64,000 bases of DNA from Armatimonadota bacterium (GCA_020161505.1 JAIUNY010000005.1:8003-72002); one strand, 5' to 3'. Positions 20,520-31,926 are shown, counted from the first letter of the stretch. Notes: generated by a model not told the origin, from the letters alone. A program made the numbers and translations.

Positions 20520-20596
20520 TGGTACTCCCGACGGGATTCGAACCCGCGATCTTCGCCGTGAGAGGGCGATGTCCTGAACCGCTAGACGACGGGAGC
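20520..20596 (-). tRNA. tRNA-Glu (anticodon CTC)
   Basis: Acceptor stem GCTCCCG/CGGGAGT, anticodon arm TCGCC-CTCTCAC-GGCGA, T-loop GGTTCGAATCC and encoded CCA. Confidence 0.96.
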
Positions 20597-20729
20597 ACAT
20601 GCTTAACGCAATCCTAACGATACCCCTCGACCCCCACGAAAGCGGGGACCGCGCGGGACGCGATAGAGCCCAGGCGCGCGTCACGTAACCCAGCCCCGAA
20701 CGACCGGAGACGAGCACCGATCCCCGACC

Positions 20730-22166
20730 CTACTCGGCGTTCTCCGAATTCTCAGCGGGAGCCGACTCCGCCGGGGGAGCCGGTGCATAGCCTGCAGGCC
20801 CAAATGCCGGACGGAACACGTCTTGATAGAGCATCGCCAGGCAGACGCCCCCCGCTACAACCTGCGAGGCAATGATGGCGCAGAACACCGCCGTCCCCCC
20901 ATAGGCCGGCATGAAGGCAATCGTCAGGATCAGGGCGACGGCGGCTCCGGCAAATCCTGCCACGGCGCTCTGCCCAAACCGACCGATCCCCTCCAAATAC
21001 CCCTTCAGCAGAATGTTGAACCCCGCAGTGGCAATCAGCGCGCCGAGGAGGAATCCATCAAAATGCGTTCCGTGGTACTCGGGAATGGTGGGGTAGAGCA
21101 GCTGGGTCACAAACGGCAGAGCCGCGCCGCACCCAATAATCAAGATCAGCCCATAGAGGCCCGTTCCTCGGAAAGCCTTCAGACTAGCCCGCCGGATCCA
21201 CGAGAAATCCCTGTGCGCAAAGGCATTGCTGATCGTCGGCATCACCGCGCTCGCGATCATCACCACCACGGTCGAAGCCAGGGCGTACCAGGTCAGCAGC
21301 GTGCCGAGATATCCGACTTCTTCCGTCTGCGAGGCCACGCGCGTGAACAGGAGAAGCGGCACGGTCATCGTGACCGTGGTGCCCGCCGCGGCCAAGCTCG
21401 AGTACGCGTTGGCGAGAAAAAGCTTCCATCCGCGTGCCCGGTTATACAGCGCGAGCCGAGGCACGAGATACGGCCGCTCAACTTTCCAGAATCGGTAAAC
21501 CGTGGCGTACTGAGCCAGAAACGGAACCGCGATCACGGCAATGAGGAGCCAAACCGGGTGCGGCGCAAAAAACGCGACGGCAAGAATCGCGGGAATGCTG
21601 ATGCCGTACCCAATGGAGATCACCGCCTTCATGCGGTACTCCTCCATGTAGGCCATGTAAGCGTAAGTCACCTGATTGATCACGCTCCTCATGATCTGGA
21701 TGCCAGCGAAAGCGACCAATCCCAGCCGGAGTTCCTGTTCAAACGGCCAGAACTCCTTTCCAACGTAGGCTTGAATCGGCACGAAAGGCGCAGCGATCAA
21801 AATCACGAGAGCCAAGGCGACGGACGAGATCACTCCGACCCAAAAGCTGGAGGTGAACCACGAGGCCTCCTCTTGCTGATTCGGCTCGGTGGCGTATCGG
21901 CTCATCTCTGGCACGACCCCGGGCCCGCTGCCGAGGTTCAACAACCCAAGGAGCATTGCCTGATACAGCAAGAAGGTGTAAACATCGTAGTGCCCTTCCG
22001 CCATTTTTGCCGCCGCCAAGGGCATGGCCCCAAACTGAACAATCGCGCCAAAGAGCTTGGACACCAGGGAAGTTGCAATGCCGAGCTTGATGCTCTTCTT
22101 GCGGGTCGAGTCAACGTGTCCCTCTGGCTGAGTTGGGCTACTTGGGAAGGATTCGGGTTGGCTCAT
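20730..22166 (-). CDS. Polysaccharide flippase (Wzx/MATE-like) membrane protein
   Basis: About 12 TM helices and LLNLG motif. Follows a GT2 gene on the same strand. Confidence 0.75.
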   Translation of the reverse strand: MSQPESFPSSPTQPEGHVDSTRKKSIKLGIATSLVSKLFGAIVQFGAMPLAAAKMAEGHYDVYTFLLYQAMLLGLLNLGSGPGVVPEMSRYATEPNQQEEASWFTSSFWVGVISSVALALVILIAAPFVPIQAYVGKEFWPFEQELRLGLVAFAGIQIMRSVINQVTYAYMAYMEEYRMKAVISIGYGISIPAILAVAFFAPHPVWLLIAVIAVPFLAQYATVYRFWKVERPYLVPRLALYNRARGWKLFLANAYSSLAAAGTTVTMTVPLLLFTRVASQTEEVGYLGTLLTWYALASTVVVMIASAVMPTISNAFAHRDFSWIRRASLKAFRGTGLYGLILIIGCGAALPFVTQLLYPTIPEYHGTHFDGFLLGALIATAGFNILLKGYLEGIGRFGQSAVAGFAGAAVALILTIAFMPAYGGTAVFCAIIASQVVAGGVCLAMLYQDVFRPAFGPAGYAPAPPAESAPAENSENAE

Positions 22167-22335
22167 GGCGAGTGGATCAGGTCAGTGGGCCGTGATCGGA
22201 GGTCGGAGATCAGAGTACCCCTCTTGGCGAAGGAACACCCCCGTGCCGCCCCTGGTTCCAGAGCGCACGAACTCCATCCCGAATCATCGGGACACCATCC
22301 CGCCTCCATCAGACCACAAAGGGCTTGATCCGCTT

Positions 22336-23310
22336 TCAACTCAGCTCTCGACGCTCGACCACGAGCGGCTTAGGCGCCGGGCGAATCTTCAGTTTCTCCA
22401 GAAGCTTCGTGGCGACGGAGACATTTCCGAATTCCGGACGCAACGCCGCGCTGTTATAGAACTCCGCTGTAGCGGACTTGACCTTCTTGGATTCGGCCTG
22501 ACCCACCCGGAATCCTTTCTGAGCACTCTGCAACACGACCCGCGCAGCCTTGTGCTGACCTTTCGCAGCCAGTCGCATCGCATTGCTGCGTGAGTAGTTG
22601 TGGGTCAATCGCAGTGCCATGCCATCGGGAAAATTCTTCGCAAGGACGCGCCCGTAGTTGTAGAACCACTTCTCCAAACGCCCAAAGTCGGTCTGTTTTC
22701 CTGTGCGCACGATGCTGTTGTGGAGGGACGTGTAGTCGGGATGGTACAGGCACTTCATTCCGACATCGTGGGCTCGAATCGAGTAGTCCAGCTCTTCGCC
22801 GCCAAACGTGCACCCCTCATCAAATCCGCCAATCGAGTCGATCACGGATCGCTGGACGGCATAGCATGAGCCGTGGAAATTGCCGACCCAACAGGGCTCG
22901 TCTCCGTGCCCGTTCTCGTAGTTCCCGGTGCTAGTTTGGATAATGCGCGGTGTGATGAGGCCCGCTTCTGGATATGCCCGGAACAAGGCGGGCAACTCGT
23001 CGAGAAAGCGCGTCTCGGGCGCGGAGTCATCGTCCAAGAACAGCACGATCGCGCCAGATGTTCGCGCCATCCCATCATTGCGTCCTCCTGCGACACCTCG
23101 GTTGGTCTTGTTGAGAACCGCCGTCACCTCGGGGTGCTCGCTTGCAAAGGTTTCGATGAAGCTCGCCGAGCCATCGCTGGAGTTGTTGTCCACCACGATA
23201 AGTTCGGAGGCGTTTTCCTTCACCCAAGTCGCCAGCACGGGCAGGTTCGCCTGGATGTCGGCGAGTCGGTTGTAGGACAACACAACAATGCTCAGAGCGG
23301 GGGAGTTCAT
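22336..23310 (-). CDS. Glycosyltransferase family 2
   Basis: LSIVVLSYN, VVDNNSSDGS, GRNDG, FLDDD (DxD) and FDEG..GEELD. Confidence 0.92.
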   Translation of the reverse strand: MNSPALSIVVLSYNRLADIQANLPVLATWVKENASELIVVDNNSSDGSASFIETFASEHPEVTAVLNKTNRGVAGGRNDGMARTSGAIVLFLDDDSAPETRFLDELPALFRAYPEAGLITPRIIQTSTGNYENGHGDEPCWVGNFHGSCYAVQRSVIDSIGGFDEGCTFGGEELDYSIRAHDVGMKCLYHPDYTSLHNSIVRTGKQTDFGRLEKWFYNYGRVLAKNFPDGMALRLTHNYSRSNAMRLAAKGQHKAARVVLQSAQKGFRVGQAESKKVKSATAEFYNSAALRPEFGNVSVATKLLEKLKIRPAPKPLVVERRELS

Positions 23311-23530
23311 CTGGGGTCCGGCCTTGGTGCGCGAGCGTGGCCCGGCACGGGCGGCTGCGCGCGAAGTGTACTCGACCGCACAATTCGGGCCACCGAGCCA
23401 CCAAGCCGGACTTACGACCGGTCTCGCACGGGAAAGCCCGCATATGGATGCCTGCCCCGCCTGCGAATATGTCCAAAAGAAGTTAGTTTCAGGATGGTTA
23501 AGGCAAGGATCACCTCGCTAGACTGCGGGC

Positions 23531-26194
23531 ATGCTGACTCTCGCCCTTACTTCGACCCTCCTCGTCAGCCAATCCACGCCAGTCACCGGGGCTTACTTCC
23601 AGGCCCCCGCGCTTCAGGAGGTCGCGAAGGTGGTTCCGGGCGGTCGCACGATCCTGCCAAATGGACGACTTCTCACTCCCAGAGGCAAGCGGCTCTACAC
23701 CGGGGAAGATCTCTGGCAAGTGCTGGTCAGCCCCGATGGCCGATTTCTCGTCGGGTGCGATGATTCCGGGCTCGTGATCCACGATCTGCAGGAGAACACC
23801 CGCAAGCCACTGCCTCGCAAGGATGTAGCTCCGACGGGAGCCTGGCTCCCCAATGGCAAGCTTCTCATCAGCCAAGGCGACGAGGGGTCTCTCGAAATCA
23901 TCGATCCAAAAACCTGGGCGGATGGCGAGATCATATCGGTGAAAGACGATGACCGCCAGCACCCCTATCTCAACGAGCTGGTGGTGACTCAAGACGGGAA
24001 GTTCGCCTACGCGGTCGATGTCTCCTACCAGGAGGTGGTCACCATCGACCTGACCGCGAAGAAAGTGGTGCACCGCACCGCTGCCGGTCGGCAACCCTAT
24101 GCCATCGCCCTCGACGAATCGAGCAAGCAGATCTTCGTTGCGAACATCGGCATCTTCAACTACTCTCTCATCCCGCCGCCCGCGCCCGGAAAGGGAAGCC
24201 CCAGAGGACTGAATCGACCCGCTTTCGCATTTCCCAGTCCGGAGAGTATCACGGGAGTGAACAAGGAGGGCCGCACGGTTCCGGGGATCGGGAGTCCCTA
24301 TGTCCCTGATGCGCAATCCATCTACAGCTACTCCATCGCTGATCGAAAGGAACCCCGGGTCGAGCGGACGGTGAAGTCGGGCGTGCTGATCCATGCACCC
24401 GCCGATGGAGGCAAGAGTGTCGGGGGGAGTTCTCCGAATGCACTCTTGCTCCACAAAGGCACGCTCTACGTCAGCAACGCCAACAACGATACGGTTCAGG
24501 CGTTCCACGCCCAGACCCTGGAACTCAAGCAAACCATCAAGCTCGCGCCTGTTCCGCAGCTAGCCCGATTACGAGGCGTGATCCCGAGCGGGATGGCCAT
24601 GAACAAGGCCGGCACAAGGCTCTACGTCTGTTGCAGCGGGCTCAACGCGGTGGCGATTCTCGATCCGAACAAGGGGTCGGTTTTGGGATACAGCGCCACC
24701 GGTTGGTTCCCGATGCAAATCAAGATCAGCCCGGACGGGAAGAACATCGCCGTGGCGACCCAGAAAGGAATCGGTCGCGGCCCCCGCGGCCCGCTCGGTG
24801 CGCGAACCCAGGGAGACGAGCGATTTGGACTCTCCGATATGCCCGGCATGATCGACTACGCCCCGATTCCCTCCGACAAAGAGCTGCCGAGCCTTACTCA
24901 GCAGGTGCTCCTCAACAATGGAATGCTCCCGAGGCCCGTTCCCGCGAGCAAGGTCATCCCGCTTGTCCCCGGAAAGCCCAGCAACGAGATCAAATACGTC
25001 GTTTTCATCACCAAGGAAAACCACACCTTTGATGGCATCTTTGGTGGCCTGAAGGGAGCCAAGAGCGAGCCACGGTACGCCGAGTTTGGCCGCAACGGCT
25101 GGATCCGCGAAAAGGGCGTCGAAGAGCGCCTTCCTATCATGCCGAACCACATCAAACTGGCGGAGGAATTCGCGATCAGCGACAATTTTTACATGGAACC
25201 GCAGGCCTCCGGCGATGGTCACCGATGGCTGGTTGGGGTCTATCCAAGTCTCTGGACAACCCGTGTGTTCTACGCCGGGTGGAACTTCCGGGCCGACAAC
25301 AACACACCAGGACGGCTGGTCAGCTTCGGTTCCGATGGCTCGCAGATTCCGGAGGACTACCTGGAAAACGGCTCGATGTTCGAGCACCTGGATCGTAACG
25401 GGATCGACTTCCGCAACTACGGAGAGGGTTACGAACTCCCGCGAACCGATGAGGGGATCATGACCTCCAAGTCGGGCACCTTCTATCCCTTCAATCACCC
25501 GATGCCCAAGGTGCTCTACGATAACACCTGCTTCGAATTTCCTGCTTACAACACCAATATCCCCGACATCGCTCGGGCGGAGTGGTTTATTGAAGATTTA
25601 GAGAAAAACTACTTCTCCAAGGGCAAAGGCTTACCAACGTTCATCAACATCGCGATCTGCAACGACCACGGTGCTGGCGCAAGACCGAACGAAGGGTATC
25701 CCTATGTTGCCAGTTACATGGCGGACAACGATCTCGCTCTCGGGCGCATCGTCGAGTTCCTCTCCAGCCGACCAGAGTGGCGGAACATGGCGATCTTTGT
25801 CACCCAGGATGATCCCGGTGGCGACAACGACCACATCGACCGTCACCGGAGCTTTGTCCTCGCAATCTCACCCTTTGCGAAGCGCGGCTATGTTTCCAGC
25901 GATCACGCCAGCATCATGAGCATCATCCGCACGATCTATCTGGTGTACGGACTCGGCCCGTGCAATATGTTCGATGCTCTGGCCACGCCGCTTCACGATA
26001 TGTTCACAGAGAAAGCGGATTACACGCCTTACAAGCACGTGAACACCGATCCGAGAGTGTTTGTGGCGGAGAAGGCCATGGATCCCAACGATCCACGATT
26101 CGAGAAGCGCCTCAGCCGAGATTTCCCACGCATGGATGATCCGGCGTTCATGGAATGGCTCCGCAACCAACCCATCGGCCGCAGCGGAAACTGA
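23531..26194 (+). CDS. Secreted YncE beta-propeller plus phosphoesterase (alkaline-phosphatase-like) fusion
   Basis: Propeller repeats (YVSNAN, TGWFP), IKYVVFITKENHTFD, SDNFY, SGDGH, NDH, IFVTQDD and DHID.HR. Confidence 0.85.
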   Translation: MLTLALTSTLLVSQSTPVTGAYFQAPALQEVAKVVPGGRTILPNGRLLTPRGKRLYTGEDLWQVLVSPDGRFLVGCDDSGLVIHDLQENTRKPLPRKDVAPTGAWLPNGKLLISQGDEGSLEIIDPKTWADGEIISVKDDDRQHPYLNELVVTQDGKFAYAVDVSYQEVVTIDLTAKKVVHRTAAGRQPYAIALDESSKQIFVANIGIFNYSLIPPPAPGKGSPRGLNRPAFAFPSPESITGVNKEGRTVPGIGSPYVPDAQSIYSYSIADRKEPRVERTVKSGVLIHAPADGGKSVGGSSPNALLLHKGTLYVSNANNDTVQAFHAQTLELKQTIKLAPVPQLARLRGVIPSGMAMNKAGTRLYVCCSGLNAVAILDPNKGSVLGYSATGWFPMQIKISPDGKNIAVATQKGIGRGPRGPLGARTQGDERFGLSDMPGMIDYAPIPSDKELPSLTQQVLLNNGMLPRPVPASKVIPLVPGKPSNEIKYVVFITKENHTFDGIFGGLKGAKSEPRYAEFGRNGWIREKGVEERLPIMPNHIKLAEEFAISDNFYMEPQASGDGHRWLVGVYPSLWTTRVFYAGWNFRADNNTPGRLVSFGSDGSQIPEDYLENGSMFEHLDRNGIDFRNYGEGYELPRTDEGIMTSKSGTFYPFNHPMPKVLYDNTCFEFPAYNTNIPDIARAEWFIEDLEKNYFSKGKGLPTFINIAICNDHGAGARPNEGYPYVASYMADNDLALGRIVEFLSSRPEWRNMAIFVTQDDPGGDNDHIDRHRSFVLAISPFAKRGYVSSDHASIMSIIRTIYLVYGLGPCNMFDALATPLHDMFTEKADYTPYKHVNTDPRVFVAEKAMDPNDPRFEKRLSRDFPRMDDPAFMEWLRNQPIGRSGN

Positions 26195-26208
26195 CCCTGA
26201 TCAAACAC

Positions 26209-26242
26209 AAAGAAGCCCGGTTCGCAGGAACCGGGCTTCTTT
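26209..26242. terminator. Bidirectional terminator
   Basis: Perfect 15-bp stem AAAGAAGCCCGGTTC/GAACCGGGCTTCTTT between convergent genes. Confidence 0.85.
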
Positions 26243-26260
26243 AGTTTGGCGACCCGAAGA

Positions 26261-27334
26261 TCACGCAATCGTGATCTTGTCGCAGAGGTAGACGTCTTGG
26301 ATCGCTTGGAGAATCTCCGCGCCTTCGTTGATCGGACGCTGGAACGCCTTCCGACCAGAGATCAGGCCAGAGCCACCGGCTCGCTTGTTCACGACCGCCG
26401 TCATCACGGCTTCTTGGAGATCGTTGTCGCCGCTCGCTCCGCCCGAGTTGATGAGCCCGGCTCGACCCATGTAGCAGTTCGCCACTTGGTAGCGGGTCAG
26501 GTCGATCGGGTGATCGCTTGTGAGTTCGGTGTAGATGCGCTCGTCGAGCTTGCCGTAGCTGGAGCCTCCCGTGTTCAGCGCCTTGAAGCCACCGTTATTC
26601 TCTGGCAGCTTTTGCTTGATGATGTCGGCCTGAATCGTCACGCCCAGGTGGTTCGCCTGTCCGGTGAGGTCCGCGCTGAGGTGATAGTCTTTGTCCTTCT
26701 TGAAGTCGTTGTTGCGCAGATAGCACCAGAGAACCGTCGCCATGCCCAGCTCGTGGGCAGCGGAGAAGGCTGCGCTGACTTCTTGGATTTGCCGGGTGGC
26801 GAGATCGCTACCGAAGTAGATCGTCGCGCCGATCGCGACCGCGCCCATGTTCCACGCCTGCTTCACTTGACCGAACATCACTTCGTCGGCTTTGTTTGGG
26901 TAGGTCAGGAGCTCGTTGTGGTTGATCTTCACCATGAAGGGAATCTTGTGAGCGTACTTGCGGCTCACGATTCCGAGTCCACCGAGCGTGGAGCAGACCG
27001 CATTGCATCCGCCTTCAATCGCCAGCTCAACAATGTTTGCCGGATCAAAGTGCAGAGGATTCTTGGCGAAGCTCGCTCCAGCGGAGTGCTCGATGCCTTG
27101 GTCAACCGGGAGGATCGAGAGGTAGCCGGTTCCCGCCAGACGACCGTGGTTGTACATCGCTTCCAGGCTGCGCAGCGTCTGATTGTTTCGATCAGAGTGA
27201 GCCAGGACGCGGTCAACGAAATCGCCGCCCGGGAGGTGCAGTTGAGACTTGTCGATGGTCTTGCACGTGTGGGTCAGAAGGGACTCGGCTGAGTCGCCCA
27301 AAAGTCGGCTCAGTTCATCGAAGTTGCGTGCCAT
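26261..27334 (-). CDS. fbaB: Class I fructose-bisphosphate aldolase (DhnA type)
   Basis: [33 protein letters not shown] and [10 protein letters not shown]. Confidence 0.95.
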   Translation of the reverse strand: MARNFDELSRLLGDSAESLLTHTCKTIDKSQLHLPGGDFVDRVLAHSDRNNQTLRSLEAMYNHGRLAGTGYLSILPVDQGIEHSAGASFAKNPLHFDPANIVELAIEGGCNAVCSTLGGLGIVSRKYAHKIPFMVKINHNELLTYPNKADEVMFGQVKQAWNMGAVAIGATIYFGSDLATRQIQEVSAAFSAAHELGMATVLWCYLRNNDFKKDKDYHLSADLTGQANHLGVTIQADIIKQKLPENNGGFKALNTGGSSYGKLDERIYTELTSDHPIDLTRYQVANCYMGRAGLINSGGASGDNDLQEAVMTAVVNKRAGGSGLISGRKAFQRPINEGAEILQAIQDVYLCDKITIA

Positions 27335-27523
27335 GGGTGCCTCATTTTGCCACGATTCGCCGAAGGTGTCTTGGGAGTCGCCGAGCCCTTGTTGCCCAGC
27401 GTGGGAATCCCGTGCGAAAAGGCAGGACTCTTGACAGTGATGAGCAACCGCAGCCTCTCCGCCCCGGTATATAAGACAATTGTTGACGAGGCAGCTGAGG
27501 GGTGCCTTGCATTGAGTCGGAAT

Positions 27524-28825
27524 ATGAAACTGTCACTGCGCACGCTTGCCTTGGTCGCCGCGAGTCTCGCCACTCTGCCTGCTTTCGCTCAGTCAGCCGG
27601 GCTCACCCTGGACGAAGCTCTGACCCTCGCGAAAACGCGAAACGGAGACGTCCGCGCCGCGTTCCTCAACGCTCAAGCCGCGCGATCGAATCTCGTGGTC
27701 TCGAAGAGTGCATTCCTCCCGACCCTCACCCCGAGCTTCGAGCATTCCGTCGGGCAAAGCGAGTTCTACACCGGAGCTCAAAAGGGACGAAACGACTTCA
27801 ACACCACCAGCGCTCTTCTCGATCTTGGGTGGCGCGTGCTCGACTCGGGAGCCCGGCAGAACGCCCTGAAACGAGCCGAATTCTCTCTGCGAGCCAGCGA
27901 GCGAACCGCAACCCAAACCCTCCGACAGGTGCTATTTACGGTTCACAACCGCTATTACGATGCCCTGCGGGCCACCGAGCTCCTGACCGTGCAGAGCGCA
28001 ACTCTGGAGCGCGCCAAGGTGATCCGCGACCAAACCGAGTTCCGCGCCAATCCCCCGATTGAGGATGTCCCGCGCAAGGATGTTTTGCAGGCCAACGCGG
28101 ATTTCCAAAACGCTCGCGTCGGTGTGCTGGCGGCTCAATCTCGAGTCGCGACCGCCCTTGCTGATTTCAAGGCGATTGTCGGATGGGAAGACCGCGAGAC
28201 TCCATCGCTGGCGCAACCAGAGCCCGTCCAGCTTCCTGAACTCAACTACTCTCTGGAAGATGCGATTGCCCGGGGCTTGCAGCAACGACCAGATCTTGCC
28301 GCCGCGCAGGATCGGATTGAAGGCCAGCGCATCGCCGTCCAAGATGCCCGGCTGGATAGCTCGGTTCAGTATTCGCTCGACGCAAGCTACCGCCGAGCCT
28401 TTGCCGAAGACCCGTTCCAGCGAGCCGCTCTCACCTTCAGCGCGTCTCTGCCGGTCTACGATGGCAATCGAAGTAAGGAACTCGTCAAGTTCGAGCAACT
28501 GACCCTGGAATCTCTGCGCGAAAACTTTGTTCAAGATCAACGCGCTGCGATCAGCGAGATTGAATCGGCCTACCGCCTGTATGCCCAGAACCGGGAACGT
28601 TTTGCCGCCGCGCAGATCGCTCTGGAGGCCGCCGAACTCAACTTCAAAGCTGCCACCGACGCTCAGCGCGAAGGGGCGGGGAACGTGATCGAAGTCCTGA
28701 CCGCGCAGGTCAGCCTGACCACCGCCGCATCCAACTTGGTTGAAGCCACCTACGACATGCTCATCGCCGACGCCCAACTCCGGCTCGCTACCGGCGATCC
28801 TCTCCCCGGTGAGGAAACCCGATGA
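27524..28825 (+). CDS. TolC family outer-membrane protein
   Basis: Signal peptide, LTLDEAL, LPTL, RPDL, SLPVYDG and EVLTAQ. Start placed at ATG 27524. Confidence 0.88.
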   Translation: MKLSLRTLALVAASLATLPAFAQSAGLTLDEALTLAKTRNGDVRAAFLNAQAARSNLVVSKSAFLPTLTPSFEHSVGQSEFYTGAQKGRNDFNTTSALLDLGWRVLDSGARQNALKRAEFSLRASERTATQTLRQVLFTVHNRYYDALRATELLTVQSATLERAKVIRDQTEFRANPPIEDVPRKDVLQANADFQNARVGVLAAQSRVATALADFKAIVGWEDRETPSLAQPEPVQLPELNYSLEDAIARGLQQRPDLAAAQDRIEGQRIAVQDARLDSSVQYSLDASYRRAFAEDPFQRAALTFSASLPVYDGNRSKELVKFEQLTLESLRENFVQDQRAAISEIESAYRLYAQNRERFAAAQIALEAAELNFKAATDAQREGAGNVIEVLTAQVSLTTAASNLVEATYDMLIADAQLRLATGDPLPGEETR

Positions 28826-29619
28826 GCGACTTTGATCCTCGACCGAGCGGAACCGGCACGATCGCTCCACCGAAAGCGGTCATCGATACGGTGAACTTGA
28901 CGAAAAACTATGTCATGGGCGAGATGGTGGTGCGGGCCCTTCGAGAGGTTTCCGTGACGATCCACCGGGGAGAATTCGTCGCGATCATGGGGCCATCCGG
29001 CTCGGGGAAATCGACCTTCATGAACATGATCGGGTGCCTGGATCGCCCGACGAGTGGTCAGTATTTCCTTGATGGCACGGAGGTCGGACGCCTCGGCGAC
29101 AACGATCTCGCCGCGATCCGGAACAAGACCATCGGATTCGTGTTCCAGACTTTCAACCTCTTGCCTCGAACCACCGCGCTCAAAAATGTCGAGCTCCCGC
29201 TCCTTTACGGCGGAGTGAAGAACCGAGGGAAGCTCGCGGCCGAAGCTCTCAGCCGGGTCGGCTTGGGCCAACGCATGGATCACAAACCCAACGAGCTCTC
29301 GGGCGGTCAGCAGCAGCGTGTGGCAATCGCTCGCGCGATCGTCACCGATCCCGTGATGATCCTCGGTGACGAGCCCACCGGGAACCTCGATACCCGCACG
29401 AGCTACGAAATCATGGCTCTGTTCCAGGAGCTCAATCGAGCCGGGAAGACGGTGATTCTCGTGACGCACGAAGAGGATATCGCCCGACACGCCAACCGAA
29501 TCATCCGATTCCGTGATGGCCGGGTGGAGCGCGATGAAATCGTAGAGCACCCGACGGACGCCTCAGAAATGCTGCTGAATCTTCCCAACCCCGACGCGCC
29601 ACCGACCGTAGAAGCATGA
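28822..29619 (+). CDS. ABC transporter ATP-binding protein (MacB/LolD type)
   Basis: [24 protein letters not shown] and VTHE. Confidence 0.95.
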   Translation: MSDFDPRPSGTGTIAPPKAVIDTVNLTKNYVMGEMVVRALREVSVTIHRGEFVAIMGPSGSGKSTFMNMIGCLDRPTSGQYFLDGTEVGRLGDNDLAAIRNKTIGFVFQTFNLLPRTTALKNVELPLLYGGVKNRGKLAAEALSRVGLGQRMDHKPNELSGGQQQRVAIARAIVTDPVMILGDEPTGNLDTRTSYEIMALFQELNRAGKTVILVTHEEDIARHANRIIRFRDGRVERDEIVEHPTDASEMLLNLPNPDAPPTVEA

Positions 29620-29783
29620 TATGTCAGTAATGCATTAAGCGGGACATATCACTGTGTGTTTTATAGATCACTAAAATTGTGACTTTTCTCCCACAATTCC
29701 CGTGATGTCCCTCATTAGCATAACAACAGATCCCAAAGATGAACCCTAGATTCGCGGCCATGCCGAGGGTCGAGGGTTTTGTT

Positions 29784-31370
29784 ATGCTCAGCCAGGTTTT
29801 TGGAATGAATGAGGCGGAACGTCGCGCGCGCCTCCAAATGAATCGAATTACGGATGCAGATCGAGAGGCACTGAAGGAACTGAAGCCACTCCTCGAAAAG
29901 CACATGACCATGATCGTGGACGAGTTCTACGACCACGTCGGCAAGTTCCCGGAAGCACTTGCGATCATCACGAGCGCAGGGAGCAACATCGACCGGTTGA
30001 AGAAAACGAACCCGAACTATTTCGCCGAAATGCTGCGAGCCGAGTTTGGCGAGGCCTACTTTGAAAGCCGCTATATCGTCGGCAAAATCCACGCGGTCAT
30101 TGGCCTGGAACCGAAATGGTTCTATGCCGCCATGAGCACGTACTACGATGTCATTTACGCCTTGCTGGTGAACTCCTACAAGTTCAACCCGAAAAAGCTC
30201 CAGCGGATCCTGATCGCCTTCCAGAAAACACTCAACCTCGACCAGGCGCTGGTCATGGAAGCCTACGTTGAGTTCGGATTCGTCGCACAGTTGCGAGATG
30301 TCGTCGAGAAGTCAAACGAAATCGCGGGTCATCTCAAAGACAGCAGCACCGCGCTCCGCGAAGGCTCCGAAGAGTCTGGGCGGGCCATCCAGGAACTGGC
30401 CCATGTGACTGAACAGCTCGCCCAGTCTGCCACCAGTCAAGCGGAAGCCAGCCAAGATTCCGCCAACAGCATGAACGAGCTCTCCGAGGCGAGTAGCCGA
30501 ATGTCCGCCTCCGCCGATGTCCAGATGAAGGCCCTGCAGGAAGCCGACGAAAGCGTGAGCCTCGTGCAGTCCAGCATTGCGGAAATCACCGAGCAAGCAG
30601 CACTCTGGGAGGAAATCCGCGATCGCATTGCGGCAATGGACCGCGTGAAAGAAACCGTGCTGGGAACCGCCGCACGGGTGGAGGACATGACCAAGCGCTC
30701 CGACGAGATTGGCCGGATTGTCCAGACCATCGAGGACATCGCCGCCCAGACGAATCTTCTTGCCCTCAACGCCGCCATCGAAGCGGCCCGGGCTGGCGAA
30801 ATGGGGCGAGGCTTCGCCGTGGTTGCGGAGGAAGTCCGCAAACTTGCCGAGCACTCGTCCGCCGCGACCAAGGAGATCACGACGCTCATCGGAGCCGTTC
30901 AAGCAGGCAGCCAAGAAGCCGCCGACTCCATGAATCGCACGATTGAAGATGTCGAGAGTGCTGCCGAGGTCACGCTGCAAGCTGCCGGATGTCTCGAAGG
31001 AATCGCGAAAACCGCCGGCGAGACCGCCAAGCTCAACGACCGACTCTCCAAGGCGATGAAGAAGGTCGATGAAGTGACGCAGGAGAATCGTGGCCTGCTG
31101 GAGAGCATGTCCGGCGAAATCAGCACAGTGAATGGCGGCATCGAGAACATCGCGGCGATCAGCCAAGAGAATTCCGCCTCCACCGAGCAGATGAGCGCCA
31201 GCACTGAGGAGATGACCGCCCAGGTCGAGGAACTCGTGGCGAGCGTGCACGAAGTCGATGAGCAGATCGCCTCGCTGCAAGCCGTGATCCAGCAAGCTCA
31301 GGAAGTCGTCGACAAGGCCAAGGCTGGGGGCAACACCGCTCCGCAACAAGGCACGCGGCGAGCGGCCTAA
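29784..31370 (+). CDS. Globin-coupled sensor / soluble methyl-accepting chemotaxis protein (HemAT-like)
   Basis: [21 protein letters not shown] globin segment and MCP signature [37 protein letters not shown]. No TM helix. Alternative start at 29739. Confidence 0.92.
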   Translation: MLSQVFGMNEAERRARLQMNRITDADREALKELKPLLEKHMTMIVDEFYDHVGKFPEALAIITSAGSNIDRLKKTNPNYFAEMLRAEFGEAYFESRYIVGKIHAVIGLEPKWFYAAMSTYYDVIYALLVNSYKFNPKKLQRILIAFQKTLNLDQALVMEAYVEFGFVAQLRDVVEKSNEIAGHLKDSSTALREGSEESGRAIQELAHVTEQLAQSATSQAEASQDSANSMNELSEASSRMSASADVQMKALQEADESVSLVQSSIAEITEQAALWEEIRDRIAAMDRVKETVLGTAARVEDMTKRSDEIGRIVQTIEDIAAQTNLLALNAAIEAARAGEMGRGFAVVAEEVRKLAEHSSAATKEITTLIGAVQAGSQEAADSMNRTIEDVESAAEVTLQAAGCLEGIAKTAGETAKLNDRLSKAMKKVDEVTQENRGLLESMSGEISTVNGGIENIAAISQENSASTEQMSASTEEMTAQVEELVASVHEVDEQIASLQAVIQQAQEVVDKAKAGGNTAPQQGTRRAA

Positions 31371-31392
31371 GCCACTCCGCAGATCGAAAAGT

Positions 31393-31428
31393 GAACCCCG
31401 TCCATCTCGGACGGGGTTCTTTCTGTTT
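31393..31428 (+). terminator. Rho-independent terminator
   Basis: GAACCCCGTCC/GGACGGGGTTC stem followed by TTTCTGTTT. Confidence 0.8.
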
Positions 31429-31461
31429 CTCTGTCTGGTGGGTTACAATGCCTGGAGACTC

Positions 31462-31926
31462 ATGGAACCGATCCAAGCAACTCCTCAGCATCAATGGCTC
31501 CTCAATCTTGTGGGAGAGTGGAAGGTTCGCCCCGGCGGGGAAGAGGGATTCCTCGGGGGCAGCGACACGATCACCGCTCTCGGCGAAGCCTGGATCATTG
31601 GCCGCCTGAGCCTGAACTTTGAAGGCAGTCGGGTGATGTCTAGCCAAACCACGCTCGGATTCGACGAGGCCAAAGGCAAGTTTGTCGGCACCTGGGTGGG
31701 GGACATGATGAGCAATCAGTGGGTTTATGAGGGCGAGCTTTCCGAGGATGAAACAGAGCTCCGGCTCTACTCCGTCGGCCCGGCGTTCGATGGCTCCGGC
31801 GAGATGAACAACTACTGCGACACCGTGGTGATCCTCAACGAGAATGAACGCCTCCTCCGGGGCACTGTCCAACAACCGGACGGCACGTGGCATCAGTTCA
31901 TGGAGACCCACTTCACCCGCGTTTAG
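31462..31926 (+). CDS. DUF1579 domain protein
   Basis: HQWLLNLVGEW, LGFDEAKGKFVGTWV and YEGE. Confidence 0.8.
   Translation: MEPIQATPQHQWLLNLVGEWKVRPGGEEGFLGGSDTITALGEAWIIGRLSLNFEGSRVMSSQTTLGFDEAKGKFVGTWVGDMMSNQWVYEGELSEDETELRLYSVGPAFDGSGEMNNYCDTVVILNENERLLRGTVQQPDGTWHQFMETHFTRV

Noticed and set aside
20400-20600. tRNA-Glu as an integration site for an island
   Set aside because: I saw no integrase and no duplicate of the tRNA 3' end in the window by eye.
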